Below are positions 21,019-30,372 of a DNA stretch of 64,000 nt, piece after piece (within the stretch, counting starts at the first letter, position 1; every line of letters begins with the position of its first letter). The position numbers were made by a program, and so were the translations under genes. The notes under the pieces were generated by a model. The model saw only the letters and a list, made by a program, of their open reading frames with translations. It was not told the DNA's origin and made no database searches. This DNA comes from Candidatus Cloacimonadales bacterium (GTDB lineage: Bacteria > Cloacimonadota > Cloacimonadia > Cloacimonadales > DAONDQ01), in NCBI GenBank assembly GCA_963662275.1, contig OY759316.1:2720001-2784000 (forward strand). Reading direction: 5' to 3'.

Positions 21019-22419
21019 TTAATCCGGTGACATCTTACGACGAGAGATCACAGTCCCAGGGGAAACCCTACACACCCGGAAGCCTAAATAGTCGTAGCTG
21101 AGAGTCGCACTATTGTAGACTGACCGACTGGAAACGGTGCAGAGGTTCGGATCGGCGTTCCAGCCACCACCGCGATCCAAATGGGCAGACCACCCACTCA
21201 CAGCACCATGGGGATTATTTTGTTCGTCTATGGAGTAACTACCATAAATATCCCATACCCACTCGATAATGTTGCCACTCATATCAAACAGACCCAACTC
21301 ATTGGCTGATTTCGTACCCACTGCATGAGTCCTGAGACCTGCGTTATTCCCATACCAAGCCACTCTATTTATATCATTACTGCCACTATAAACATAACCA
21401 TGTGTTGAGTTACCACCTCGCGCGGCAAATTCCCATTCTGCTTCGGTGGGCAAGCGATAGCCATTCGCTGTCCAACTGCAGGAGACATTGGTGTGATTGT
21501 TATAGTCTGTATTCCAGCCAGTAGGCCAGGTTGCAGGATTCGTGCCATAAGTGCTGTAACTGTAGCAGGGAGTAATACCTTCGTTGATGCTCCTGCGATT
21601 GCAATACTCGATGGCATTGAACCAGGAGACTTGCTCCACAGGACCATTGGTTACACCAGTGAAATGGGAAGGATTCACGCCCATTACAGCCTGATAAGCC
21701 GTTTGCTTAAGTTCATACTTATCCATATAGAAGAATGATACAGTCACTCTATGTGTAGGTAATTCATTTGAGTCTCCGCCTCCGTATATATCACCCATGG
21801 TGAAAGTTCCACCCGGCACCAAGATCATCTGACCTGGCATAGTCCCAATAGCAAATATGCCTGCTGCGATTGCGCTATCAGTCCAGCCTGATTTGATAGC
21901 TTTGGCTTTGATTGTCGTTGTTGAAGCGATATTTATTGGGTTTGAATATAGTGTTGATAACGATGTTGGATCACTGCCATTGGTTGTATAGCGGATAGCT
22001 GCACCTGCTGTTGTACAGGAAATAGTCACATTCTGAGCGGAAGCATATGTTGTATTTCCGGGGGGATTGAAAGTTGGTGTAACAACAGTTTGTATAATAG
22101 TATAAATGGCAGATGTTATTGTGCTATCTGTCCAGCCTGATTTGAAAGCTTTGGCTTTGATTGTCGTTGTTGATGCGATATTTATTGGGTTTGAATATAG
22201 TGTTGATGAAGATGTGGGATCACTGCCATTGGTTGTGTATCTGATCGTTGCTTCACTAGTCGCACATGTAATACTTACTCTTTGAGCTTCAGTGAATGTT
22301 CCCCCTTCTGGACTAAACACAGGAATTGCACATGGATACTTGGGTTCTGTTGTTTTCTTATCGCAGCTAAGAATACATATCAGGACTGCTAAGGTTAAAA
22401 AGGGAATCAAGATTCTCAT
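21019..22419 (-). CDS. Lipoprotein: two chitobiase/Fn3-associated repeats + SUMF1/FGE-sulfatase (CLec-fold) domain
   Basis: Lipobox ILSC; IRYTTNGSDPT x2; YRLPTEAEWEFAARGG, NELGLFDMSGN, RGGGW, GFRVCR. Confidence 0.9.
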   Translation of the reverse strand: MRILIPFLTLAVLICILSCDKKTTEPKYPCAIPVFSPEGGTFTEAQRVSITCATSEATIRYTTNGSDPTSSSTLYSNPINIASTTTIKAKAFKSGWTDSTITSAIYTIIQTVVTPTFNPPGNTTYASAQNVTISCTTAGAAIRYTTNGSDPTSLSTLYSNPINIASTTTIKAKAIKSGWTDSAIAAGIFAIGTMPGQMILVPGGTFTMGDIYGGGDSNELPTHRVTVSFFYMDKYELKQTAYQAVMGVNPSHFTGVTNGPVEQVSWFNAIEYCNRRSINEGITPCYSYSTYGTNPATWPTGWNTDYNNHTNVSCSWTANGYRLPTEAEWEFAARGGNSTHGYVYSGSNDINRVAWYGNNAGLRTHAVGTKSANELGLFDMSGNIIEWVWDIYGSYSIDEQNNPHGAVSGWSAHLDRGGGWNADPNLCTVSSRSVYNSATLSYDYLGFRVCRVSPGTVISRRKMSPD

Positions 22420-22619
22420 ATTTTCTCCCTGAATATTATGATTATTATTTATTCACCTAACGAATAATAGAAATTAATATTTTTGAAGCGAATGGTCAAG
22501 TTTTGTATTATTTACTTCCAGAGTTGTAGGATTACAAACCCAACGACATAACAGCTTACAAAGCTACACTCCTGATTTCGACAATGCCATTATCGAATAC
22601 AATAGCTTACCAATCTATA

Positions 22620-23339
22620 TTACGCTAGCCATTCATCCACGAGTATTGGTAATATATCCCCTGATTTCCCCTGGAAGAACTCATCAAAAAAGTGCGCATT
22701 GTCCGGTGCTTCGAGATTAATGCCGATGATCTTTGCCTTCATCATTTTGGCATAGGCTGCAAACCCTGCTGCCGGATAAACCACACCGCTGGTGCCAATG
22801 ACGATCAGATAACTAGACCTCGAAAGCTTATTATCGATTTCTTCCATGTAGTAAGGAATCTCTCCAAACCACACAACATCGGGGCGAAGGTATTTCCCAC
22901 AGGCAGGACAGAGAGGTATTTCCTGCTTAAGATCGATTGCATCCATCTGATAATGTGTATCACAGCCTATACATAAGCATTCTCTTAAACGGCCGTGCAT
23001 TTCATAGATGCGCTTGTTTCCTGCGGCATGATGCAAACCATCAATGTTCTGCGTAACTAGACAAAACCTGTCTTTTAAGGCATCTTCCAGCGTTTTAAGA
23101 GCATAATGAGCTGGATTGGGCTTTACTGTAGCCAATTGAGCATAACGTTCCTTATAGAACTTCCAGACCAATGACGGATTACGTATAAAACCACGGGGAG
23201 TAGCTACATCTTCTATATCATGATCTTCCCAAAGACCGTTATTATCCCTGAAAGTCCGAATACCTGACTCAGCGCTGATACCGGCACCAGTTAGGACAAC
23301 GATTCGATGTTCAGGTAATATTGTGAATTTTGATTTCAT
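22620..23339 (-). CDS. cobB: NAD-dependent protein deacylase (sirtuin)
   Basis: GAGISAESGIRTFR, TQNIDGLH, HG, CxxC..CxxC, RPDVVWFGE, GTSG.VYPAA. Confidence 0.95.
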   Translation of the reverse strand: MKSKFTILPEHRIVVLTGAGISAESGIRTFRDNNGLWEDHDIEDVATPRGFIRNPSLVWKFYKERYAQLATVKPNPAHYALKTLEDALKDRFCLVTQNIDGLHHAAGNKRIYEMHGRLRECLCIGCDTHYQMDAIDLKQEIPLCPACGKYLRPDVVWFGEIPYYMEEIDNKLSRSSYLIVIGTSGVVYPAAGFAAYAKMMKAKIIGINLEAPDNAHFFDEFFQGKSGDILPILVDEWLA

Positions 23340-23401
23340 AGTAACCTCATAATTAATCATAAGATCGGAATCTTAAGCCACAAGACAGTAGGATCGGCAT
23401 C

Positions 23402-24133
23402 CTACTCCACGTTATTAGAATTGAAGAACGCTCTCACTTCCGGTATGGAGGATTTGATGATCTCTGCATAAGTGCCCGTAAAAATCAGCTTGGAGCCATG
23501 CAGCATGGCAATATGTTCCCCAGTTCTGCGTATGCAGTCGAGGTCATGGGTAATGATGATGGAAGTGACATTACATTTCTCCTGTAGTGAAATAATCAGG
23601 TCAATGATCTCCGTAGCAGAAACAGGGTCTAATCCAGTTGTCGGTTCATCATAGATCACATATTCCGGTTCGAGGATAATGGCACGGGCAAGAGCTATCC
23701 TCTTTCTCATCCCACCACTCAATTCAGAAGGCATTTTATCCATGATTCCCGACAATCCGACCATATGCAACTTTTCTTCTACGAGAAGATTAATTTCATC
23801 CAGCTTCTTATTCGTATGTTCAACCAGGGGTAAAGCCACATTTTGAAAAACATTCAAAGAATCAAAGAGCGCAGCACCCTGGAATAGCATGGCAAGCAAA
23901 CGCCTTGTATTGAATAGTTCATCATCTTTAACTGCATGAATATCAACGCCATCAATGAACACTTGTCCCTGCATAGGATGAAAAAGCCCTTCCACTGTTT
24001 TCATCAGAACGCTTTTACCACTACCGCTTCTTCCAATTATGACTGTTGTCTTGTGATTCGGGATCGTGAGAGTCACTTCATCCAGGACTATCATATCTCC
24101 GAAGCCAACGGTCAGATTCTTGATTTCAATCAT
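23402..24133 (-). CDS. mlaF: ABC ATPase, MlaF/Mkl family
   Basis: GRSGSGKS, LFQGAALFDSLNV, PSELSGGMRKR, YDEPTTGLDP. Confidence 0.85.
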   Translation of the reverse strand: MIEIKNLTVGFGDMIVLDEVTLTIPNHKTTVIIGRSGSGKSVLMKTVEGLFHPMQGQVFIDGVDIHAVKDDELFNTRRLLAMLFQGAALFDSLNVFQNVALPLVEHTNKKLDEINLLVEEKLHMVGLSGIMDKMPSELSGGMRKRIALARAIILEPEYVIYDEPTTGLDPVSATEIIDLIISLQEKCNVTSIIITHDLDCIRRTGEHIAMLHGSKLIFTGTYAEIIKSSIPEVRAFFNSNNVE

Positions 24134-24147
24134 TTAGTCAGACCTCA

Positions 24148-24223
24148 TTCAAATAGCAAGAACGGCGTCTTGCTTTACTTACCAGAAGGTCTTTCAAATA
24201 GCAAGAACGGCGTCTTGCTTTAC
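24148..24223 (-). repeat. 31-bp direct repeat x2 with internal hairpin
   Basis: TTCAAATAGCAAGAACGGCGTCTTGCTTTAC at 24148 and 24193. Confidence 0.85.
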
Positions 24224-26520
24224 AAATATTCATCATATAAGGTTACCTCTATTCCATCTCTAAAAGGTTGTTTGGGAGTAAACTTCAACAACTCTCCCTT
24301 GAGTTGGGTTGCTGAACTCCGATTCGGCAAATATATCCTCACAAAATGGTCTGACAAAGCAGTCCAATATCCGTCTTCCTGCGTCTCAATTACACCGGAT
24401 AATGGAATTTTATGCAAGATTAAATACTGAAGATATTCCTTAAGCTTTGTTTCCGATAACTTGTGAAGTACCTTATTCCTCTCTGTCGAAACGGTTCCAT
24501 GCACTTTATCCTTCATGGCAGCAGCTTCCGTACCGGGTCTTGAGGAATAGGAAAACACATGCAGATAAGTGAAAGGCAGAGCTTCCAGGAAATGCAGGGT
24601 TTCGTTGAACAACTCATCAGTTTCTCCAGGAAAGCCAGTGATCACATCTAAGCCAATCGCCATATCAGGATGGATTGACTTCATTTTGAGAATGATGTCC
24701 CTGAATTCTTTCGCATCATAGTGTCGTTTCATTCTACTTAAGATCGTATCAGAGCCTGACTGCATGGAAATATGGAAATGATGGCAGAGCTTTTTACTTG
24801 TTTTGATGAAATCCCACATCCTATCTGTCAGCAATTGTGGTTCAATAGATGAAATGCGGATATGCTCTACCCCTTCCATTCCTTCAATCATTTCGAGCAA
24901 GGCAGCCAAATCAGTCTTTTGTTCCAAGTCTCTACCATACAAGCCTAGATTGATGCCTCCAAGCACGAATTCCTGGTAGCCATTGGATACAAGCAAGGAG
25001 ATTTGTTCTTTAATTTTATCCATTTCACGGCTTCTGGAATGCCCACGTGCAAAGGGAACAGCACAGTAGGCACAATAGAAATCACAGCCATCCTGGACTT
25101 TAATGAAAGCACGTGAACGCTCCGGCATCTGGGTAGCACTCAGTTCCTGGAACTTGCTGTAACCGAGTATATCAGAGAAACAGTCTCTATTTGATTCAAG
25201 GAGTTCAGGAATCATATCCTTATGCTGGTTATCAACCACAAGGTCAATATTCCCAAGCTCTTTCACCTGTTTGTATTGTCTCTGTGAGAAACAGCCTGTG
25301 ACCACAATCTTTGCCTGCGGATTCAGTTCCTTCTGCTCTAATGCCTTACGAATGGCATTACGGCTTTTATAATCGGTACGATTCGTAACTGTACAAGTAT
25401 TAATGATATACACATCCGCGGGTTCATTGAAGTCAACCGTTTCGTAGCCCACCAATTCAAAACTGCTGATGATACAGGCAGATTCATACTGGTTGACCTT
25501 GCAGCCCAATGTGAGGATAGCCACCTTCGAAGTTCGAAGTCCGAAGTCCGAAGTCCGAAGTGCAGAGTAGGGGTCCGCGTCAGCAGACCCACCATCGGAA
25601 GTGCGAAGTCCGAAGTTCGAAGTACGAAGTGCAGAGTAGGGGTTTGCGGAAGTAAACCCACCATCGGAAGTGCGAAGTCTGAAGTGCGAAGTATGAAGTG
25701 AAGAGTAGGGGTTTGCGGAAGTAAACCCACCATCAGAAGTGCGAAGTCCAAAGTTCGAAGTTCGAAGTGCAGAGTAGGGGTTTGCGGAAGTAAACCCACC
25801 ATCGGAAGTGCGAAGTCCGAAGTTCGAAGTTCGAAGTGCAGAGTAGGGGTTTGCAGAAGTAAACCCACCATCGGAAGTGCGAAGTCCGAAGTTCGAAGTT
25901 CGAAGTGCAGAGTAGGGGTTTGCGGAAGTAAACCCATTCTTCCCATCTAAAATACTTGCAATCGTCTTCCCGTAAAGCTCATGCTCCACTGCCAACACTT
26001 TGGCTGCTATTTCCTCAGGGGATTTACATCCAGTAATATCCACTTCCTGCTGGGCTATGATCTTCCCTGCATCGTAATCTTCATTCACCCAATGCACGGT
26101 TGCTCCGCTCATCTTCTCTTTGGCTGCAAACACTGCTTCATGTACAAAATGTCCGTACATCCCCTCTCCCCCATACTTAGGAAGCAGAGCCGGATGGATA
26201 TTGACGATCGGGCAGGAAACTGACTGAATAAATTCATGACTGAGCTTAAAAAGAAAACCGGATAAGACCAGCAAATCTATTTTATGCAAATGAATCAACT
26301 CTGTAAGAGTTGATTCAAATTGCTGAATGTCTGTTGCTTTTAAAAAAATTGAAGGAATCTGAAAAGCTTCGCACTTCTCTATGATAGGCGCATACTTCCT
26401 TGTAACGATGACAAATGACACTTCCACGGGTAGATTGTTCTCCCGCAGAAAGTGAACGATCGCTTCAAAGTTTGAACCACGGCTCATTCCTGAAGTGAGG
26501 AAGGCTATTTTTTTAGTCAT
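24220..26520 (-). CDS. purN-mtaB: PurN (GAR formyltransferase) fused via repeat linker to MtaB tRNA methylthiotransferase
   Basis: N-term SG..RGSNFEAI, NIHPALLPKYGG, GATVH.V...YDAG; C-term TLGCKVNQYES, NTCTVT, VTGC, QDGCDFYCAYC. Confidence 0.9.
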   Translation of the reverse strand: MTKKIAFLTSGMSRGSNFEAIVHFLRENNLPVEVSFVIVTRKYAPIIEKCEAFQIPSIFLKATDIQQFESTLTELIHLHKIDLLVLSGFLFKLSHEFIQSVSCPIVNIHPALLPKYGGEGMYGHFVHEAVFAAKEKMSGATVHWVNEDYDAGKIIAQQEVDITGCKSPEEIAAKVLAVEHELYGKTIASILDGKNGFTSANPYSALRTSNFGLRTSDGGFTSANPYSALRTSNFGLRTSDGGFTSANPYSALRTSNFGLRTSDGGFTSANPYSSLHTSHFRLRTSDGGFTSANPYSALRTSNFGLRTSDGGSADADPYSALRTSDFGLRTSKVAILTLGCKVNQYESACIISSFELVGYETVDFNEPADVYIINTCTVTNRTDYKSRNAIRKALEQKELNPQAKIVVTGCFSQRQYKQVKELGNIDLVVDNQHKDMIPELLESNRDCFSDILGYSKFQELSATQMPERSRAFIKVQDGCDFYCAYCAVPFARGHSRSREMDKIKEQISLLVSNGYQEFVLGGINLGLYGRDLEQKTDLAALLEMIEGMEGVEHIRISSIEPQLLTDRMWDFIKTSKKLCHHFHISMQSGSDTILSRMKRHYDAKEFRDIILKMKSIHPDMAIGLDVITGFPGETDELFNETLHFLEALPFTYLHVFSYSSRPGTEAAAMKDKVHGTVSTERNKVLHKLSETKLKEYLQYLILHKIPLSGVIETQEDGYWTALSDHFVRIYLPNRSSATQLKGELLKFTPKQPFRDGIEVTLYDEYL
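25527..25936 (+). repeat. Six 69-bp tandem units (GTAG REP hairpin + CGAAGTN heptamers) inside CDS
   Basis: GTAGGGG at 25567, 25636, 25705, 25774, 25843, 25912. Confidence 0.95.
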
Positions 26521-26689
26521 TGAATCCTTTTTTATGGCATAAGATTCCGATCTTATGATATTTCTTCAGAACACTCTGAAGTGTATGCTACGACTTACCT
26601 CATCTATCACGTGGAGTAGGATTCCAATCCTACTGAAGAACCAACCGGTTGAACCCGGAGCTACGACATACTACCGGTTGAACCCAGAG

Positions 26690-28474
26690 CTACGACTCAA
26701 TCAGCTTTATTCCCAACTCTTTTAACTGGTCATTAGCGACCAGGCTCGGTGCCTGGCTCATCAGATCGACAGCCTTCAGTGTCTTTGGAAATGCGATGAC
26801 GTCTCTGATGGAATTGGCGTGGGAAAGGATCATCACGAGACGTTCAATTCCATAAGCAATCCCGCCATGAGGTGGTGTGCCGTATTGCAGCGCATTCAGG
26901 AAATAACCGAACTTCTCTTCCAAATCCTGTGGCTCGAAGCCAAGAACAGCAAAAATCCTCTTCTGTATATCCAGCCTGTGACAGCGAATGCTGCCTGAGG
27001 CTAATTCCATGCCGTTACAAACCATATCGTACAACTGACCGAGTATCTTTCCATAGTTTTCAGGCTGGTCAAAATAGAGCAGGTCTTCTTCGCGTGGAAG
27101 GGTGAACATATGATGTGCAGGTTCCCAACGCTTTTCTTCCTCATTGTAATCAAAGATCGGGAAGTCAACGATCCAGGCGAAAGCATAAGCATTTTCATCA
27201 TACAGCTTCAGCATTCTGCCCAGCTCATTCCTCACACCGGCTAACACTTTGCATACCATCTTCCAGCTATCAGCTCCGAAGAATAACAGGTCACCCGGCT
27301 TGGCTGCCATTTTCATGCTGATCTCGGTCACTTCCTTTTCAGTCAGGAACTTGGCAATTCCACCTTCAAAACCGGTTTCCGTGACTTTCGTGAAAGCCAG
27401 TCCCTTTCCACCCAAGTGCTTTGCGAGGTCAATCATCGCATCTGTCTGCTTCCTTGTGAAATCAGCACAACCGGGAGCTTTCAGGCAACGAACGACACCA
27501 CCGGTTTCCAATGTAGATTGAAAGACCTGGAAGGTACTGTCTTTGACGATTTCAGATATTTCTTCTATTTCCATGGCAAAACGCAAGTCTGGTTTATCCG
27601 TTCCGTATTTATCCATGGAAACCTGGTAAGGAATCCTAGGGAAGGGCATTTCCAATTCAACGCCGATCAGTTCTTTGAAAAGTAGCTTGAACATCGCTTC
27701 CATGAGTGTAAAAATATCATTCTGGGTGATGAAACTCATTTCCACATCGAGCTGTGAAAACTCCGGCTGCCTGTCTGCACGCAGGTCTTCATCACGGAAA
27801 CAGCGGGCAATCTGGAAATACCTGTCCATACCGCCGATCATCAGCAATTGCTTATAAATTTGAGGAGACTGTGGTAGCGCATAGAACTTGCCCTGCTGAA
27901 CACGGCTGGGAACAAGATAATCACGCGCACCTTCAGGAGTACTCTTCATCAGTATGGGCGTTTCAATTTCAAAGAAACCCATGTGATTCATGAAGTCACG
28001 CATCAAAGAGATCATATTGTGCCTGAGAATGATGTTCTTCTGCAATTCAGGACGGCGAAGGTCAAGATAGCGGTATTCGAGACGAAGGTCTTCATCACTC
28101 ATATTCTGCTCACTCAACTGCACAGGGGAAGGCTCAGCATCATTCAGCACAAGGATTGTACTTGCTTCCACTTCGATCTCACCTGTAGGCATATTTTTAT
28201 TGATCTGTTTCTCGTCACGGCGTCGAACTACACCTTGTACAGCGATCACATACTCGTTCCTGACATCATGCGCCTTCTCACTGGCTTCCAGTTGTTCCGG
28301 ACGGACAACGACCTGGACAATACCGCTTACATCCCGCAGATCGATGAAAGTCAATCCGCCTAAATCTCTTCTTTTATGCACCCAACCCATCAGGGTCACA
28401 GGTAAATCAACTAAATCACTATTCACAATTCCGCAATAACATGTACGCTTCAGATTTCCTAAAAGGTCTAACAT
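26690..28474 (-). CDS. aspS: Aspartate--tRNA ligase
   Basis: GWVHKRRDLGG..FIDLRD, STPEGARDY, LPQSPQ, CFRDEDLRADRQPEF, PPHGGIAYG.ERL. Confidence 0.98.
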   Translation of the reverse strand: MLDLLGNLKRTCYCGIVNSDLVDLPVTLMGWVHKRRDLGGLTFIDLRDVSGIVQVVVRPEQLEASEKAHDVRNEYVIAVQGVVRRRDEKQINKNMPTGEIEVEASTILVLNDAEPSPVQLSEQNMSDEDLRLEYRYLDLRRPELQKNIILRHNMISLMRDFMNHMGFFEIETPILMKSTPEGARDYLVPSRVQQGKFYALPQSPQIYKQLLMIGGMDRYFQIARCFRDEDLRADRQPEFSQLDVEMSFITQNDIFTLMEAMFKLLFKELIGVELEMPFPRIPYQVSMDKYGTDKPDLRFAMEIEEISEIVKDSTFQVFQSTLETGGVVRCLKAPGCADFTRKQTDAMIDLAKHLGGKGLAFTKVTETGFEGGIAKFLTEKEVTEISMKMAAKPGDLLFFGADSWKMVCKVLAGVRNELGRMLKLYDENAYAFAWIVDFPIFDYNEEEKRWEPAHHMFTLPREEDLLYFDQPENYGKILGQLYDMVCNGMELASGSIRCHRLDIQKRIFAVLGFEPQDLEEKFGYFLNALQYGTPPHGGIAYGIERLVMILSHANSIRDVIAFPKTLKAVDLMSQAPSLVANDQLKELGIKLIES

Positions 28475-28599
28475 CTATAACTCCTTATCTATGTTTTGAA
28501 TGAATTAATCAGCTTTATCTATCTAATTTACTTGCTATTATACATTTGTGCAAAAAATACTTAGGAAAGGGATTGGACAAGTTATTTTTTGCAGAAGGT

Positions 28600-28872
28600 G
28601 ACAGCGTACAGGGTACAGGGTACAGCGGACAGGGTACAGCGGACAGGGTACAGCGTACAGCGTACAGGGAACAGCGTACAGGGTACAGGGTACAGCGGAC
28701 AGGGTACAGCGGACAGGGTACAGCGTACAGGGAACAGCGTACAGAGTACAGGGTACAGCGTACAGGGTACAGCGTACAGGGTACAGCGTACAGGGAACAG
28801 CGTACAGCGTACAGGGTACAGCGTACAGGGAACAGCGTACAGCGTACAGGGAACAGCGTACAGCGTACAGAG
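28600..28872 (+). repeat. Heptamer tandem array, about 39 x (T/G/A)ACAG(C/G)G
   Basis: Continuous TACAGCG/TACAGGG/GACAGGG/AACAGCG units over 273 bp. Confidence 0.97.
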
Positions 28873-28965
28873 GTGGTGCGCTGTGTTTCCTCCCCCCTTG
28901 GGAAGGGGGGCAGGGGGGTCATATCGGTGGACTGGGCGAATTCCTTTCGCCTTCGATCTATAACT

Positions 28966-29304
28966 TGGAGTTCAACTTGCCAATATGACTATCATTTGAT
29001 TTAGATGTAAAAGGCAAGTTGGACTTCAAGCCCGAAATTCAACAACCTAATTGAGAGTATGGAGTTCATATTTCCTTCGAATCTTTTACGAACACTCAAC
29101 TAAAAGGAAATGTGGACTTCATCTCGACCTTTCATCCAGCTAAGGTTTGGAGTTCAATTTCCCAAACAAGACTGTCGATTTACAAAAGGCTTAAAGGGAA
29201 AATGGACTTTAAACCGAAATTTAACAAACCAGCTAAGTTTATGAAGTCCACATGCCCTATTAGTCAGGTATTCAATGATAGTAAGCTTGGGCAATTGGAC
29301 TCCA
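28966..29304. repeat. Array of four ~63-bp imperfect palindromes with variable loops
   Basis: Units 28966-29028, 29060-29121, 29148-29211, 29242-29304; arms TGGAGTTCAA...TTGGACTTCA. Confidence 0.85.
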
Positions 29305-29616
29305 GATACTTGTTCCCATTCCTCCCTTTGGATAAAGGGAGGTGACCTTCAGGTCGGAGAGTTTGAAAAGCTGAATGATAGTACCATCACTTGGTGCATA
29401 TTCCGCTCAGAAAAGCCACCTTGTCCGATTAAGTTGAGCCAGTGCTCCACTATAATTGAGCCATACTATATTGTCTTTTTGAGCCACACTACGTATCTGA
29501 TCGCCATATAACATAATATCTGCAGTGTTTGGCAAGATTCTGTTCCGGCTGCTGCGGAGAGAGGACGTAGTCCGAGCGAAGCAGCAGCCGGAACGTTGCG
29601 CCTAATGGGCAATAGG

Positions 29617-30372
29617 CTATTTTCTATTGATTTGTTTTATTCCCTTGCGTTCTCTCATTGACATCTTCCCATCGATAAATATATGGTGAGAGTTATGAAC
29701 AAGCCGGTCAAGGATGGCATCAGCGAGAGTGGGTTGTCCAATCTTCTCGTGCCATCCTCCGGTTTTGAACTGAGAGCACAAGACCGTAGATGCTTTGGAA
29801 TACCTCATCTCGACTATTTCAAAGAGATCTTTAGCTTCCTGTTCGTTTATCCTGGTTAACAGCCATTCATCAAGTATCAGCAGTTTCGCATTTACATATC
29901 TGTCTATGACTCTTTGATGCCCGCCTTCACAACGACTAACAGCGAGGTCATCCAACAGTTCAGGCAGGCGGACGTATTTTACAGTGAAGTATTTCTTGCA
30001 GGCAGCTATGCCAAATGCGCAAGCCAGCCATGTTTTACCGCTTCCCGATGCTCCGGTGATGATGATATTCTCATTCTCTCCAATAAAAGAACATGACGCC
30101 AATTCAACGATTGCACTACGATCAAGTTTCCTGTCTTCATGGTAGTCAATATCTGCTATACTCGCATTACTGAACTTGAAGCCGGCACCGTGAATCAGAC
30201 GTTTAAGCCTATTATTCTTGCGCTTATCCCATTCTATATCAACCAGCATGCCAAAGCGCTCGTCAAAGCTGTAGTTTTCCAGTGATTTATCGTTAACCTG
30301 ATTTCGGTAGGCATCTGCCATGCCATTTAACAGCATCTCTCGAAGTTTAATGATAGTAGTATTATTAGTCAT
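29617..30372 (-). CDS. istB: IS21 helper ATPase
   Basis: GASGSGKTWLA, LLILDEW, LADAILDRLVH. Confidence 0.95.
   Translation of the reverse strand: MTNNTTIIKLREMLLNGMADAYRNQVNDKSLENYSFDERFGMLVDIEWDKRKNNRLKRLIHGAGFKFSNASIADIDYHEDRKLDRSAIVELASCSFIGENENIIITGASGSGKTWLACAFGIAACKKYFTVKYVRLPELLDDLAVSRCEGGHQRVIDRYVNAKLLILDEWLLTRINEQEAKDLFEIVEMRYSKASTVLCSQFKTGGWHEKIGQPTLADAILDRLVHNSHHIFIDGKMSMRERKGIKQINRK

Noticed and set aside
24148..24223. Possible mini-CRISPR (31-bp repeat x2)
   Set aside because: Only two repeats, a 14-bp spacer and no cas genes; better explained as a REP doublet
25527..25936. CRISPR-like array within purN-mtaB
   Set aside because: Inter-hairpin segments are near-identical heptamer runs, not unique spacers
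25338..25946. 202-aa alternative-frame ORF over the 69-bp repeats
   Set aside because: By-product of a stop-free repeat overlapping the PurN-MtaB frame
28515..29004. ORFs of 124-152 aa across the heptamer array
   Set aside because: Low-complexity translations of a stop-free 7-mer repeat in several frames
28966..29304. CRISPR array or canonical integron attC array
   Set aside because: Units are inverted-arm hairpins in mixed orientation, lack RYYYAAC/GTTRRRY ends, enclose no ORFs, and no cas or intI gene is present
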